A stretch of 57,583 nucleotides of DNA, the filler included, from Squatina squatina (lineage: Eukaryota): NCBI GenBank assembly GCA_031763465.1. It is 3 parts of 3 records of this genome, joined end to end, with 100 filler letters (N's around TTAATTAATTAA, not from the genome) between each part and the next. Parts side by side here need not be neighbours in the genome. Positions count along the whole stretch, not along the records: positions 1 to 16,714 come from JARFOE010000192.1; 2 more parts are not named here. One strand, given 5' to 3'. The position numbers and the translations under genes are program-made. The notes below the pieces were generated by a model that was not told where the DNA came from, did not search any database, and was given only the letters and a program-made list of their open reading frames with translations. Positions 1 through 11,935 of this stretch are shown here, piece after piece (position 1 is the first letter of the stretch; each line of letters starts with the position of its first letter).

Positions 1-1379
1 GTGTGGTTTTAACTATTTCAGTGCCAGTTGCGCTAACCTGAGGATTAAAGAACCCTGTCATCCAGAACTGGTTTGGTCGTCCATCAAAAATCCAGGTGTG
101 GAATTGCTGATTTCTTTCGAGCAGCTCTGTAAACCAGAACCCGAGAGTAGCAGATTCCCAGGAAATTTTGAACCACAGCTTTGGAATCCGGGCATCATAC
201 ATGTTATCAAGGGCATCTCTCAGGTCCTCAGACATTATAATCGTTCCTAAATTTAAAAAAAAACAATTGGCTTCATAAAACAAGGCAGTGACCGTGCTTT
301 TAGTTCTCACATAAAAAAAGGAGCTGAAGAAATTGTTCAATGACCATGTTTTGAAAAAGTAATTTTCTTACAGCCAGTTTCTCAAAAGATGTTTACTNNN
401 NNNNNNNCATCTATAAACTACCATAATTGATGGTAACATCCAAACGGCAAACTGGCCATGTAAGGCTTATTAATAGCAACGTGCTGTATTTTGCCTCCAT
501 CTTTAAAGAATCTCATTGTTCTGAAGCCTTAATTTCCTCTCCAACAAACACTCATTTAAAGGAATGGTTACATTTCATGAACACAAACTACTAATCGAAG
601 TCTGCTGGGTAGCAGATATAAACCAGTTCAAATTCATACCAATTTAAATTTATTCTGAACTTAGACCAATTTCAACCACTTCAGACTCCAATACAATTNN
701 NNNNNNNNNNNNNNNNNNNNNNNNNNNNNNNNNNNNNNNNNNNNNNNNNNNNNNNNNNNNNNNNNNNNNNNNNNNNNNNNNNNNNNNNNNNNNNNNNNGC
801 GCATTATCAGCACGGTGGGAGTCAGAGAGCCACTAGTACAGGTCTTAGTCTAATATAAAAGCAGCTTAAATTCACTTACTAATCTCCCGACTTGCTGGAG
901 ATGCATCACTAACTTTGTGCATTAGTAAGCTCAGATAAGGAAGATAAAGATTCCCATGGCCCAAATATTTGCATTCTGCAGGGTTCAAGCTCAAATTTTG
1001 AAAGGTCACTATTTAGAAAAAACTGGGATAAGGATTACAAACTCAGAGATCAGATAACAGCTAGTCAGACACAGAGAACCTCTCACCTCCCATTCAGATA
1101 TCCAGAAATCAAGATATGCATGGTTCCCCCATTCATACAGTCAGAGCCCAGAAGAAGGCTACATACATGCAAATCATTCATAGATCATGTAAACAGTAAG
1201 GACTTTGTACCCAGTGTCCATTTGTTCATGTTTGTTGGCAAAACAAATTCAGCAGGCATTTAAAACATTACATGTAGTGTAATGGTTATGGTAGTGGATT
1301 ATCATTCTGGAGTAGGTCTTTAGTTCAAAACCCTCCATGGCAAATTGTGAAATTGCAGCAAACATAGATTCAGAAGGGG

Positions 1380-2200
1380 AAGATCCTGCCTGATAAACTA
1401 CCTGAAGGTTTTTGTGGAAGTAATCTCCGAAGCCTATGAGAAGCCCTAAAACGTGGTGTGCTTAGACTTCCATTAAGACCTTGACAAAGTTCTACACAAA
1501 AAGTTGCTATTTAAACATAACATGTTAGAATTCAAGAAAACCCATGGGAATGCATCAGAAATTGGTCGACACTAGGAAGCAGCGAGTACTTGATATGGAA
1601 GCAATATCAAGGTCAGATGAAGGAGGGAAATGATGAGTGAAATTCCTCAGGGAATTGTGTGGGGAACCCTACTGTTACTAATTTTATTGAAGCTGAATGC
1701 AAACAGATCAAACCTGGAGGTGAACCAAACTGTAGTGCTGTCGCTGGAACACACTTTGACTAATACATATAGTTAAGAGACAGGGGAAGAAATTCAAGCC
1801 CAGGAGATAGTGCAGCCACAAGACTAAATCCACTAGAGAGTTATGAGGAAAGAAACTGGGGCTTTTCAGTCTTGAGAGGAGGTAACTGAGTGGTGTCCTG
1901 ACAGAGGTACATAAGATAGTAAACGGTACAGTACAAAAAAAGTAAATCCAAAACTCTATTTCAAACTAATCCGTGACAGTAGGACCAGATGACAGGTCCA
2001 AACTATTAAAAAAAACAAATTTTGGACTGATGTTGGAATAGTCTTCTTTGCACAAAGAGTAAATAATACATGAAATAAATTTCCAGCTATACATAAAAAA
2101 CAAAAACCATGGAGTCATTTAAGAAACAGATACTGTGAAGATTGTAAGATTTTCTTTCTAGGTGAATGAGCTAAGATGAACGGAATGGCCTTCCTCATCC
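1380..2200 (+). mobile_element. Degenerate CR1-type LINE, RT and 3' region fragment
   Basis: Decayed CR1 RT motifs (tgcctgataaactacctgaagg...gtgtgcttagacttcc...gacaaagttctacac; cctcagggaattgtg) followed by a CR1-like 3' end (gaacggaatggccttcctc). Boundaries approximate. Confidence 0.6.
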
Positions 2201-2326
2201 GTATCTATCCTGTGAATTGTCACATGTTAATTTCAACTTCATGCTATAGTAGTNNNNNNNNNNAGTGAATTTTGATTATTTTACCTCAAAATAAAAGCTG
2301 AAAATCTGAGGTCATTAGTGTTTTAC

Positions 2327-2518
2327 CTCATGCGGAATATAGTCTGGTGGTAGCTTTTCCAGCATCTCATTTGCAAGGCGTTGTACAGTGCTTTCTCTGG
2401 TCTCTCCTTCGCCACCACCACCACTGTCCTTAGGTTGGATGTTGACTATTGTGTTAAGGGTCTCATTTGCCATATTAGTCTGATAAGTTATATCTGCGTT
2501 TGAATGAAGCCCAAATAC
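2327..2518 (-). CDS. Axonemal dynein heavy chain (DNAH5/DNAH8 family) exon, C-terminal region
   Basis: 192-bp exon with ag/gt ends: [64 protein letters not shown]. The VFGLH.NADI and IQPKDS motifs are typical of dynein. Confidence 0.9.
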
Positions 2519-3632
2519 CTATAAAAATAAAATATTCTAAATACATATTTGTGTTCTGTTACATATTTTCAAAAAGTAAATCTCAGTTTTTCCCATTAAT
2601 GTTAAAACACAGTAATTAAGATTATGTGACCAGTTTTTATACAATTTATTCTCTATATGTTGGATTAATTCTGTAATGAATGGTATACAATTTCAACCAT
2701 GATGAAATACCCAAAGGTGAAGCTAAAAGAGATCTAGACATTTCAAGTAACTCAGTACTCAACATGTTCAATGTATTAAGTCACTGTTGAGCAACAGGCA
2801 CTAACGCAAACATAATACTGAACTATCAAACCAAAATAGTAGATTATGGGATAGCCGGCCACCCAATAGTCCCGATGGGAAGCCAGGTCTATTTTATGGA
2901 CTGGGCCTCATTACCACTTGGCTAGTGGGTGGAAGGTGNNNNNNNNNNCAGCAATATCAGACAGCCTGGACGGTCTCCAGGCCGGAGGAAGGTGTGTCTG
3001 TTGAGGGGGGAGGGAGGACCCAGAGCAACAGCAACTGGTATTCTGAAGCGCGGAGGAGCACTGGGCAGAGTGTGTGCTGTACATGCTCTGCCTGGTATCA
3101 TCTGGTGGTCCAGCTAAAGAGGAGCCAACAGGCAAGTCTGTGTTTATTTTTGCAGGGTTGGATCTATTTCTGGTTATTGAGATGCAAGACAGATATTTAA
3201 GCTCTGGAATCAGTGCAGAGAAGAGCAATAAGACTGATCCCTAGTGGCAGAGAATTGATGATCTGAGGAAGAACTGGGGAAACTTGAGCTTTCAGTCTGA
3301 AAAGGGTGAGACGAAGAGATGACCTTATAAAGGTATGTAAGTAAAAAGTGTAGAAAAGGTACATCTGGAAAGTAATTTTTGACAGTAGGACAGGGGGAAC
3401 ACAATGACAACAACAATAACTTGTATTTATATAGTGCCTTTAATGTAGTGAAACGTCCCAAGGCACTTCACNNNNNNNNNNNNNNNNNNNNNNNNNNNNN
3501 NNNNNNNNNNNNNNNNNNNNNNNNNNNNNNNNNNNNNNNNNNNNNNNNNNNNNNNNNNNNNNNNNNNNNNNGAAGTTATGGTGGGAGAGCGGGAGCAGCT
3601 CCAAGGAAATTCCCGGCCAACTTCTGTCTTAC

Positions 3633-3900
3633 CTTGAGGGGGCTCATTGGTAAATTTAATAGATGACTGTAATAAGTTGATGGGAAACTTCGGATGGACC
3701 TCTGTTGTGATCCAGGTCCGACATTCATCATGCATAGATTCTGTTGTGGTGACAGTATCTAAAAGTTCGTCCATGAAATTCAATCCCAGGTGGCAGTTCT
3801 GTAAAAGAAGCCAGCCACCATCCTGCATACTCTGAGTCAGCAAACGCCGTGCATGAATCTCCTGACCCTGGCCCATGGATATGGCACGGCAGGGAACATT
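3633..3900 (-). CDS. Dynein heavy chain exon (AAA6 region)
   Basis: 268-bp exon: [21 protein letters not shown]...[13 protein letters not shown]...[27 protein letters not shown], with canonical splice sites. Confidence 0.93.
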
Positions 3901-5018
3901 CTGAAGGAACATAAAAAACAAAGCACATCTATTTGTATTTGGAGCAATATAAAATTGGCTCATGCGATATTCAGCTTACACCTATGTACCTTGAACCATA
4001 ACTTAACTACCAATCACATTATTTATCCAACATCAAACAGTAACAAAAGCATTATATGCCAATTATTTATGATTTTAACTTGCAAAATCATGCATTCCAC
4101 TTAGCTATATTTAAAATATGCTAACTTAGATCAACACAGTAGACTTATTTAAGCTACAGAAATATAATTTAATAATTTATTTAGCAGACTAAATTGTCAC
4201 ATACTTTGAAGACTTCATAAATTGCTTTGCATCTTCCCATAAAAAAGATTAATCAGTTGCATAATTAGCAATCAAGTAAGTAAAACTCAATATTTAGCAT
4301 TAGAGAGGTACATTTGTTTTAATAAAAATATTTCTGTTTTACCACATCGCAACTTTAAGGTTTAGCTTTTAACGGTTGTCATTAGCAAAGGTCTATTGAT
4401 GACTAGGTGGTGCGGCAGGTTAAAAGCAGTTCCAACCCCGAGTCAAGAGGGTATTGGTGTAGTACACAAAACTATCCACAGTTTTACACAGCTTGGCACT
4501 AAATTGTCAATCTCACTAAAATAGACCACAAGGGAAGTCTAGTNNNNNNNNNNNNNNNNNNNNNNNNNNNNNNNNNNNNNNNNNNNNNNNNNNNNNNNNN
4601 NNNNNNNNNNNNNNNNNNNNNNNNNNNNNNNNNNNNNNNNNNNCCCTTTGTCAATACATTCAGTAATTTCCTCAAAGAATTCAATTAACCTAGTCAAGTA
4701 TGACCTATTGTTTACAAATACATGTTTCTTATAAAATATACAGTCTCATTTTGTTTAAAAATGGCTAATTCATTCACATCTGGTATTGTATGGTTTCTCA
4801 GTGAATTCCACTGCACATAGACTTAGTGAGTTATACACTGCCAATATCGGAGAGCAATAAAACCTGTGTTTATGATAGATGAGCAATTATCTTATATATT
4901 AGAACTGATCATTTATGCACTGAACCCATTCATATGTGTCAATGCAAAATTAAGAAAATGAGTACAATGACAATGCAAAAAATTGCTGCACTTAAGTCTC
5001 CTTTATTTTGTTATGTAC

Positions 5019-5183
5019 CTTGGTCTTGGCCAAACGTTCAATATTTTCTGTAGGATCAGAGCCCATGGAAAGGAAGCACACCAAAGGTGTTCGATTATCA
5101 CTTTCTACCCACATTGCCTCCATTTCTAGAATAACCCCTTCTGCATATTTTGGTCCAAGTGACTCAGCAATGTAATGACGAGC
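5019..5183 (-). CDS. Dynein heavy chain exon
   Basis: 165-bp exon [55 protein letters not shown]. Phase 0 joins the 3633-3900 exon. Confidence 0.92.
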
Positions 5184-5981
5184 CTGGAAAAAGCAAGAGT
5201 ATTCAGAAATATGGACACTGTCAAATGTACCACAGAGCATTATAAGAAAACTGGTTATTAGACAAAAAAAAATCTACAGGAACAGGTCAACAATACTGGA
5301 AAACATTTGGAAAAACATTTGCAACAAAAGAAACAAATAGAAAATAATTCAGAACCAAAAGTCAACAATGCAAAACTAGTTAGCTGCACTGAAATAAATT
5401 TTTCATGAAGGAAATTGACCTAAATAATCTGCTCATAGATCAATTTTTCATAGATTTTATAGGTCCCATTCCCTCATAAGATACTTTCCATGTTCAACAG
5501 TTGAGAATGTAATACTTATGTCATGACATGACTAAACCAAGCCACAGAAGAAAAATTACTACCTGCACTTGTCAATCAACTGATTGACCTGAAACTCTTA
5601 GTAAGTAGACAGACAATACTTGATCATAATTTAAAGTCTGGAATATCTTTTTTTTTGTAATTTGTATTGTTGTTTGTGTACTTTAACTGGTTATGCTTCA
5701 GAGGGTCCTATTAAAATATGTTACCTGCCATCTTCAAATATGCAACAAATAACAATAAAATGGTGAACAGATGTAGTGTAAAAATAATTTTGTTCCTCAT
5801 TTGCAAAAGAATTATCTGTTGGGTTAGTCAAAAATCCTCCTTCTTCTTAGGCAGCCCCTCGAGGTCGAGGATGACTCGCTTNNNNNNNNNNNNNNNNNNN
5901 NNNNNNNNNNNNNNNNNNNNNNNNNNNNNNNNNNNNNNNNNNNNNNNNNNNNNNNNNNNNNNNNNNNNNNNNNNNNNNNNN

Positions 5982-6885
5982 TGGACGACGGGAAGGGAGG
6001 AGGTAAAAGGTCAGGTGTTGCATCTCCCGTGCTCGCACAGGAAGGTGCCGTGGAAAAGGGAGTGGGCATTGGAGTGATAAAGTGGACTAGGGTGTCCCAG
6101 AGGGAACAGTCCCTTCTGAATGCTGAAAAGGGAGGAGAAGATGTGTTTGATGATGGGATCACACTAGAGGTGGCAGAAATGGCAGGGGATGATCTGTTGA
6201 ATGTGGAGGCTGGTGGAGTGGAAGGTAAGAACAAAAGGAGAGGAAGAGGTGAGAGCAGAAGAACATGAAATGGAACGGGCAGGGTTGAGGGCCCTGTCAA
6301 TGATGGTTGAAGAAGAAGGAAGACATATCTGAAGCACTGGCATGGAAGGTGGCATCATCAGAGCAAATGTGGTGGAGATGGAGAAACTGAGAGAATGGAA
6401 TAGATTCCAAACGGGGTGAGAGGAAATGTAGTCAAGGTAGCTGTGGGAGTCAGTGGGCCTTTTGTGGATATTGGTCAAGAGCTTATCCCCAGGAATGGAG
6501 ACAGGGAAGTCGAGGAAGGGAAGGGAAGAATCAGATATAGACCATGTGAAAGTGAGGGAAGGGTGAAAACTGGAATCAAAGTTGCTGAAATTTTCCAGTT
6601 CGGGGTGAGAGCGGGAAGCAGCACCAACACAGNNNNNNNNNNAAGGAATATTCCACATATCCTACATAAAAGCAGGCATAGCTAGCACCCATATGGATTC
6701 CCATAGCAACACCTTTAATTTGGAGGAAGTGAGTGGACTCAAAGGAGAAGTTGTTCAATGTGAAAATAAGTTCAGCCAAGGGTGGTGGTGGAAGGGGACT
6801 GGTTGGGCCTTTGTTCAAGGAAGAAGCGGAGAACACTCAGGCCATCCTGGTTGGGGGATGAAGGTGTAGAGGGATTGGACATCCT
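5982..6885 (-). mobile_element. Penelope-like retroelement, decayed RT ORF (5'-truncated)
   Basis: ORF fragments FTLNNFSFESTHFLQIKGVAMG, FHPSLTFTWSISDSSLPFLD, KRPTDSHSYLDY.SSHP and AFRRDCSLWDTLVH are characteristic of Penelope/Poseidon RT and thumb. Frameshifted. Confidence 0.8.
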
Positions 6886-7111
6886 CGTCCCTTTTGTCAT
6901 TTAATCTCTTCTGCCTTCCACTCTATCACAGACCTTCCTTTTTGTTNNNNNNNNNNTTTCCTCCCCTCCCCCTTTTCCTGCCTCTTGTTACATCTCTGTT
7001 ACATCTCTAACTTTTTCCAGTTCTGACGAAAGATCATTGACCTGAAATGTTTCTTTCTCCACAGATGCTCCCTGACCTGCTGAGTATTTCCAGAATTTTT
7101 TGTTTTATTTC
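6886..7111 (+). mobile_element. Penelope terminal repeat, inverted relative to the adjacent ORF, with a hammerhead-like core
   Basis: ccagttCTGACGAaagatcattgacctGAAAtgtt...ccacagatgctccctgacctgctgagtatttccag. Related copies at ~12690-12770, 27950-28075, 31985-32090 and 37255-37475. Confidence 0.7.
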
Positions 7112-9061
7112 CTACATCACAAGTGTTCATTTCACCTCAAGGTGCATAAAGGTTTCTAACTGGAAGCTACAGAATCCAATGCCCTTTGGCAAGTTACTGT
7201 GATCTTAATGCTGGAGCTTGGTATCAAAGCTCTACAGTCACTGTATTGCATGCTGAACAATAAGATGAAAGAAGGTATTGGCTGGCAGCAGAAAAAAACA
7301 ATATTTGGACAAAATTTGCATAACATTGCAAAGTGTTGTTGTTCAACCCTCATACCTGAGTTGTGCCAATCCATTTTTCTAACTATCTTTTTAGCTCCTC
7401 CGTTATCTCTCTACCTTTGTACACGGCCCGATTAAATCCCTCTAGGAACGATACAATCGTTTGTGTTCTCACTTTTAAAAGCAAGGCCTTGCCATTGCTA
7501 CAGCAATTGTCCACTCAACTTTTTTCTAATGCAATCTTAGTGTCCCTGAACTTTTTTTCATGCCATCCTAGCTTCCCAAATTCTGGCTTTAGTTACCTTC
7601 CCTACTCTTTATTCGTCCCTGCTTTCTGAATTGAAACTCTTTTCGAAATAGTGGAATCCTTTATACCCACCTGAGAGGGCAGTTTAACATCTCATCCGCG
7701 AGACAGCATCTCCAACAGTGCAGCACTCCACTAGCTTCAGAACTGAGACCTCTCATTGATTTTTCTACCAATCTTCTCCCCTCCCTTGCTCCTCTTCTGA
7801 AACTCCTTTCTGGCATACCCTTAGATGGTTTGCTACCTCATCCAAAAGCCATTCTTCATGCATGAGCTTAAACAGTGGCAGGCTATTCAACTGCAATGGG
7901 TATCACAGCTGAGCCCGATTCTGTCCTCACCTGACAGTCACATATACACGCTTACAAAAGGGGTAGCTAGATAGTAATCAGAGGCGAAACCCTGGCCGAT
8001 TTTCCCTCCGTTAATCCATCGACACTGAGCCACCACAACTGATGCCCTTGCTGGGATCAGCTTCATGAGAACAGCTTCATGGATCAAAGCTGCCACTTGC
8101 CTGGTCTGTATNNNNNNNNNNNNNNNNNNNNNNNNNNNNNNNNNNNNNNNNNNNNNNNNNNNNNNNNNNNNNNNNNNNNNNNNNNNNNNNNNNNNNNNNN
8201 NNNNNNNNNNNCCACCGAAGGCCTGCACATTGAGATTTTAGGCAGGTCTCAATTTAGACAGCCAGCACACCCATGCAAAACCAGGAGGGCCCGAATTAAT
8301 ATATTAAAATGAGTGTCTTATGATGTTGATAGGACCCAAATACCATTTTCTTGTCAATCAGTGCTGCCACTGCTGTTTCTTTCACCTGCCCACAACCCAT
8401 GGGTGATTCAGGTCAGGAGATGGACATTTGCTGTGCCACTGAAAGGTGCAGTCAGGTAATGCTGAAAGCATGTCTGACAATGACTTTTAAACCTTATAAT
8501 TTCCCTTAAGTTCAACTCATTGCTGCCACTTCAATCTGCTGCTCTGTTGACACTCCCTGATCTTTTCTGTCTTCCTACATTAGATAAGAGTACTAATGGA
8601 AACGGAGAAAAAGAGAGTAAATGGAGTTGAGGTACAGATTGATCATGGCTTAGCAGAATAGTGGATCAGGTTCGAGGGGCTGAATGATGTACTTTTTTCC
8701 TCCCCTTTAAGCTGCTGCTACAGACCCACTTCAGACTCTATCCTTCCAGATTTCCCACCCTCTCAAACGGTGAGCTTTCTAGAAGCACCACAATTAAACC
8801 GCAATTAGCACTCAGGTCTGATCACGAAAGTCAATCAGGCTTCCTGCCAAAATCATCAGGCAGGCGAAGCCCAGTGCTCATCCAATGTGCACCAGAAACA
8901 AAAATTCACCCCATTTTATTTTCAACCTACCCCAAATTAGTTTTTTGAAGTCTTAAAATCCTGCTACGGACCAAGCAACAATGGATAGATGTCACTGGAT
9001 TTGAAAGAAACTCTATAGGTCTATAGTCAGACACAGGATAATTTTGCCAATTCCTTTTTAC

Positions 9062-9232
9062 CTCTTCAGCTGTTATCTTAGTGACCTGGAGTACTTCAAT
9101 CAATGATTCATCCTCCACCAGAGAGCCTTCTGTACTGGTTAGACGAAATAGCAAGCTATCTTCCAATTCCTGCATTCTCCGTTTGTTGGAAGTAACCTCT
9201 TCCATCAGTTGCACTCTCTCTGCTTCCAACTC
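9062..9232 (-). CDS. Dynein heavy chain exon (post-AAA5 coiled coil)
   Basis: 171-bp exon [57 protein letters not shown] with ag/gt ends. Confidence 0.92.
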
Positions 9233-9764
9233 CTAGTGTACAACCACAACAAACAAATGTGTTAATATTATGGAATTCTTGACAACGTGGTTTCCCACCC
9301 ACAGAAACAAATTGCTCCCCTCCTCTCCTGCAAGTGCTGACTAATGCTAGAATATGTTTCCCTGAAGAATCCTATCATTGCCTCATGTTCACACATNNNN
9401 NNNNNNNNNNNNNNNNNNNNNNNNNNNNNNNNNNNNNNNNNNNNNNNNNNNNNNNNNNNNNNNNNNNNNNNNNNNNNNNNNNNNNNNNNNNNNNNNCAAA
9501 AAATAAAAATTGGATGAAAAAAACATTGATGGGCCTGAAATTATCCAATTATGTGGCAAGTATAATAACTTGATATGTCCAATATAAAAAGATTAATCAA
9601 TATCTTGAAAAGAATTGTAAGCACTGCAGTATACAATTTTTTTTTGTCTCTTGTTCATTTTAAATATATTTGTTGTTACTGACAGTCTTATTTCACATAA
9701 ATGTTACTTTATATAAACAGCTGCTTTTCTATTGCTTCTTTCTTTGTCGCTTGACTTTACCTAC

Positions 9765-9947
9765 CTGCTTCTCAATGAGGATGACTCGACCAAGAAGCTG
9801 GTCTTCAAGTCCTCTCATTGTGACAGTAAAGTCAATAATGGCGGTTTTAGCACTGATCTCAGGAGTGTAAGCAGGATTCGCCAACTTGGTGGTGGTATAC
9901 AAGGTAAATCCCAACATCAGATCGATTTCTTTGTCACCGACTTTTAC
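9765..9947 (-). CDS. Dynein heavy chain exon (AAA5)
   Basis: 183-bp exon [61 protein letters not shown]. Confidence 0.93.
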
Positions 9948-10434
9948 CTAACATGAAAGAAATGGGAGCAATATGTTTATTTCTTCTCATTCATTTGTTT
10001 ACATTTGTTGTAAATTTGAAATGCAAAAGAACAAATGTTCTGTAAAAGTAGTCCCTGGCTTTGGTGTGTCCACTTATTCGGGATCTGAAATTATTTAGAT
10101 GGTTTTACACCACATTTTTGTTTGACTTTTGTGAAAATATAATGTGCAATAGCAACATAGTACTGAACATAGTACAATTTGAAGAAAAAGAAATGTTTCA
10201 ATCCAATTAATAAAGGATACGGCTTGGCAGGTTGATTATAGTCTGAAGAATTAAAATATAAGAGCTAGGTCTGTCCATCATCCAGCTTGTGCTCAATTTG
10301 GAAAAACAGTACATGCGCAGTCCACTATTAGTCTTGAATACCACCACAACATTCTCATTTTGTAATTTATACCTGATTTGCCCAACACTAGTTTTGGGTA
10401 TAGTCCATAATCATTGCCAGTGGTTGAATTCAGT

Positions 10435-11603
10435 GCCCCTGAAATTGCGGTCCCTACGGGTGCGTACGAAGTGCGCACACACCCATACGGACCCCACAAG
10501 TTTCGGGTTTAGGGATGCACTGTGCATGCCCCTAAACTCGAAAGTTGCGATCTGTCAAGATTTCTCTTGATGGATCCGCTGCATCCGAATCTAAAGGGCC
10601 TCCTCTGGCGGGGAGTTGGGCTATTTGCCCAACTCCTGCCCAGCGAAAGTCCTTTATTTTCTTACGACTGAAAAAGCAGGCGTAAAGGCCTGCTTTTTCA
10701 GCCACAACACTTTTAAAACACAAAAAAATATTTTTTTCAGAAATTTAAATATTTAACATCAGTCACTTTAAAATATACAAATTTATTTNNNNNNNNNNNN
10801 NNNNNNNNNNNNNNNNNNNNNNNNNNNNNNNNNNNNNNNNNNNNNNNNNNNNNNNNNNNNNNNNNNNNNNNNNNNNNNNNNNNNNNNNNNNNNNNNNNNN
10901 NNNNNNNNNNNNNNNNNNNNNNNNNNNNNNNNNNNNNNNNNNNNNNNNNNNNNNNNNNNNNNNNNNNNNNNNNNNNNNNNNNNNNNNNNNNNNNNNNNNN
11001 NNNNNNNNNNNNNNNNNNNNNNNNNNNNNNNNNNNNNNNNNNNNNNNNNNNNNNNNNNNNNNNNNNNNNNNNNNNNNNNNNNNNNNNNNNNNNNNNNNNN
11101 NNNNNNNNNNNNNNNNNNNNNNNNNNNNNNNNNNNNNNNNNNNNNNNNNNNNNNNNNNNNNNNNNNNNNNNNNNNNNNNNNNNNNNNNNNNNNNNNNNNN
11201 NNNNNNNNNNNNACTATGCAAATTTATTTTCCAAAAAATTAATTTTCGGTTATAAATAATTAATTAAATTCTTTTGGGATTCATTTTACAAGTGTAATTT
11301 TTAAAAAATTTACTTTGAGTGTTTTTGGGGGTGGGTATCCCCATTCACACTAATGACAAATCCGAATGTACGGAACTCATCATTAGTATGAATGGGAATA
11401 CACTTACCTTGATTGGTTGGGCCCACCCACGTGATCCTATCTACGTCTGTGAACCGCATACATAGAGAGGATGCGTGGGCCTCTACACTGGCCTTCGCAT
11501 TTAGGCCTGGAACGACAAATGTGCAAAACTCCTGGACCCAAGTAATTTCATAGCATTTTTAATGGTTGGAGCCTTCCGCCCGCTCCGAAGGAATTTCAGG
11601 GGC
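10435..11603. mobile_element. Non-autonomous TIR element (PIF/Harbinger-type MITE), internal gap
   Basis: Perfect inverted ends TGCCCCTGAAATT (10434-10446) and AATTTCAGGGGCA (11592-11604). Flanks are AGT and AAT if the TIR starts at G. Multiple internal hairpins. 424-N gap inside. Confidence 0.8.
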
Positions 11604-11779
11604 AATATGTCAACGTTGCATCACAATGCTATTCTCAGTCAAGCTTAACTTCCATTGAAAAAAAATCAGCTTTCATTATTTGAATGAGGTGTGATTATAT
11701 GTCTATCAATATAAAAATCCTACTCTGAGTAAACATTAATTTCTTCAAAACGCATCATTATTTTCAAAACTGATCTTAC

Positions 11780-11935
11780 TTTAAAAGTTGATCCTGATTT
11801 AATAAAGTTCTTCTCCAACACATTGTCAAGAGCAGGATCCAACTCCTCTCCTACATCCTCCATGAGCAGAGGGCGTCCCAAAGACAGACAGTCCTCTAGA
11901 TGGGTCCTGAAGTACTTATGATTTAATGATGTTAT
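11780..11935 (-). CDS. Dynein heavy chain exon (AAA5)
   Basis: 156-bp exon [52 protein letters not shown]. Joins the 9765-9947 exon in frame. Confidence 0.93.

Noticed and set aside
10763-11221. 152-aa ORF and other X-containing ORFs in the supplied track
   Set aside because: They are open only because they read through N gaps.
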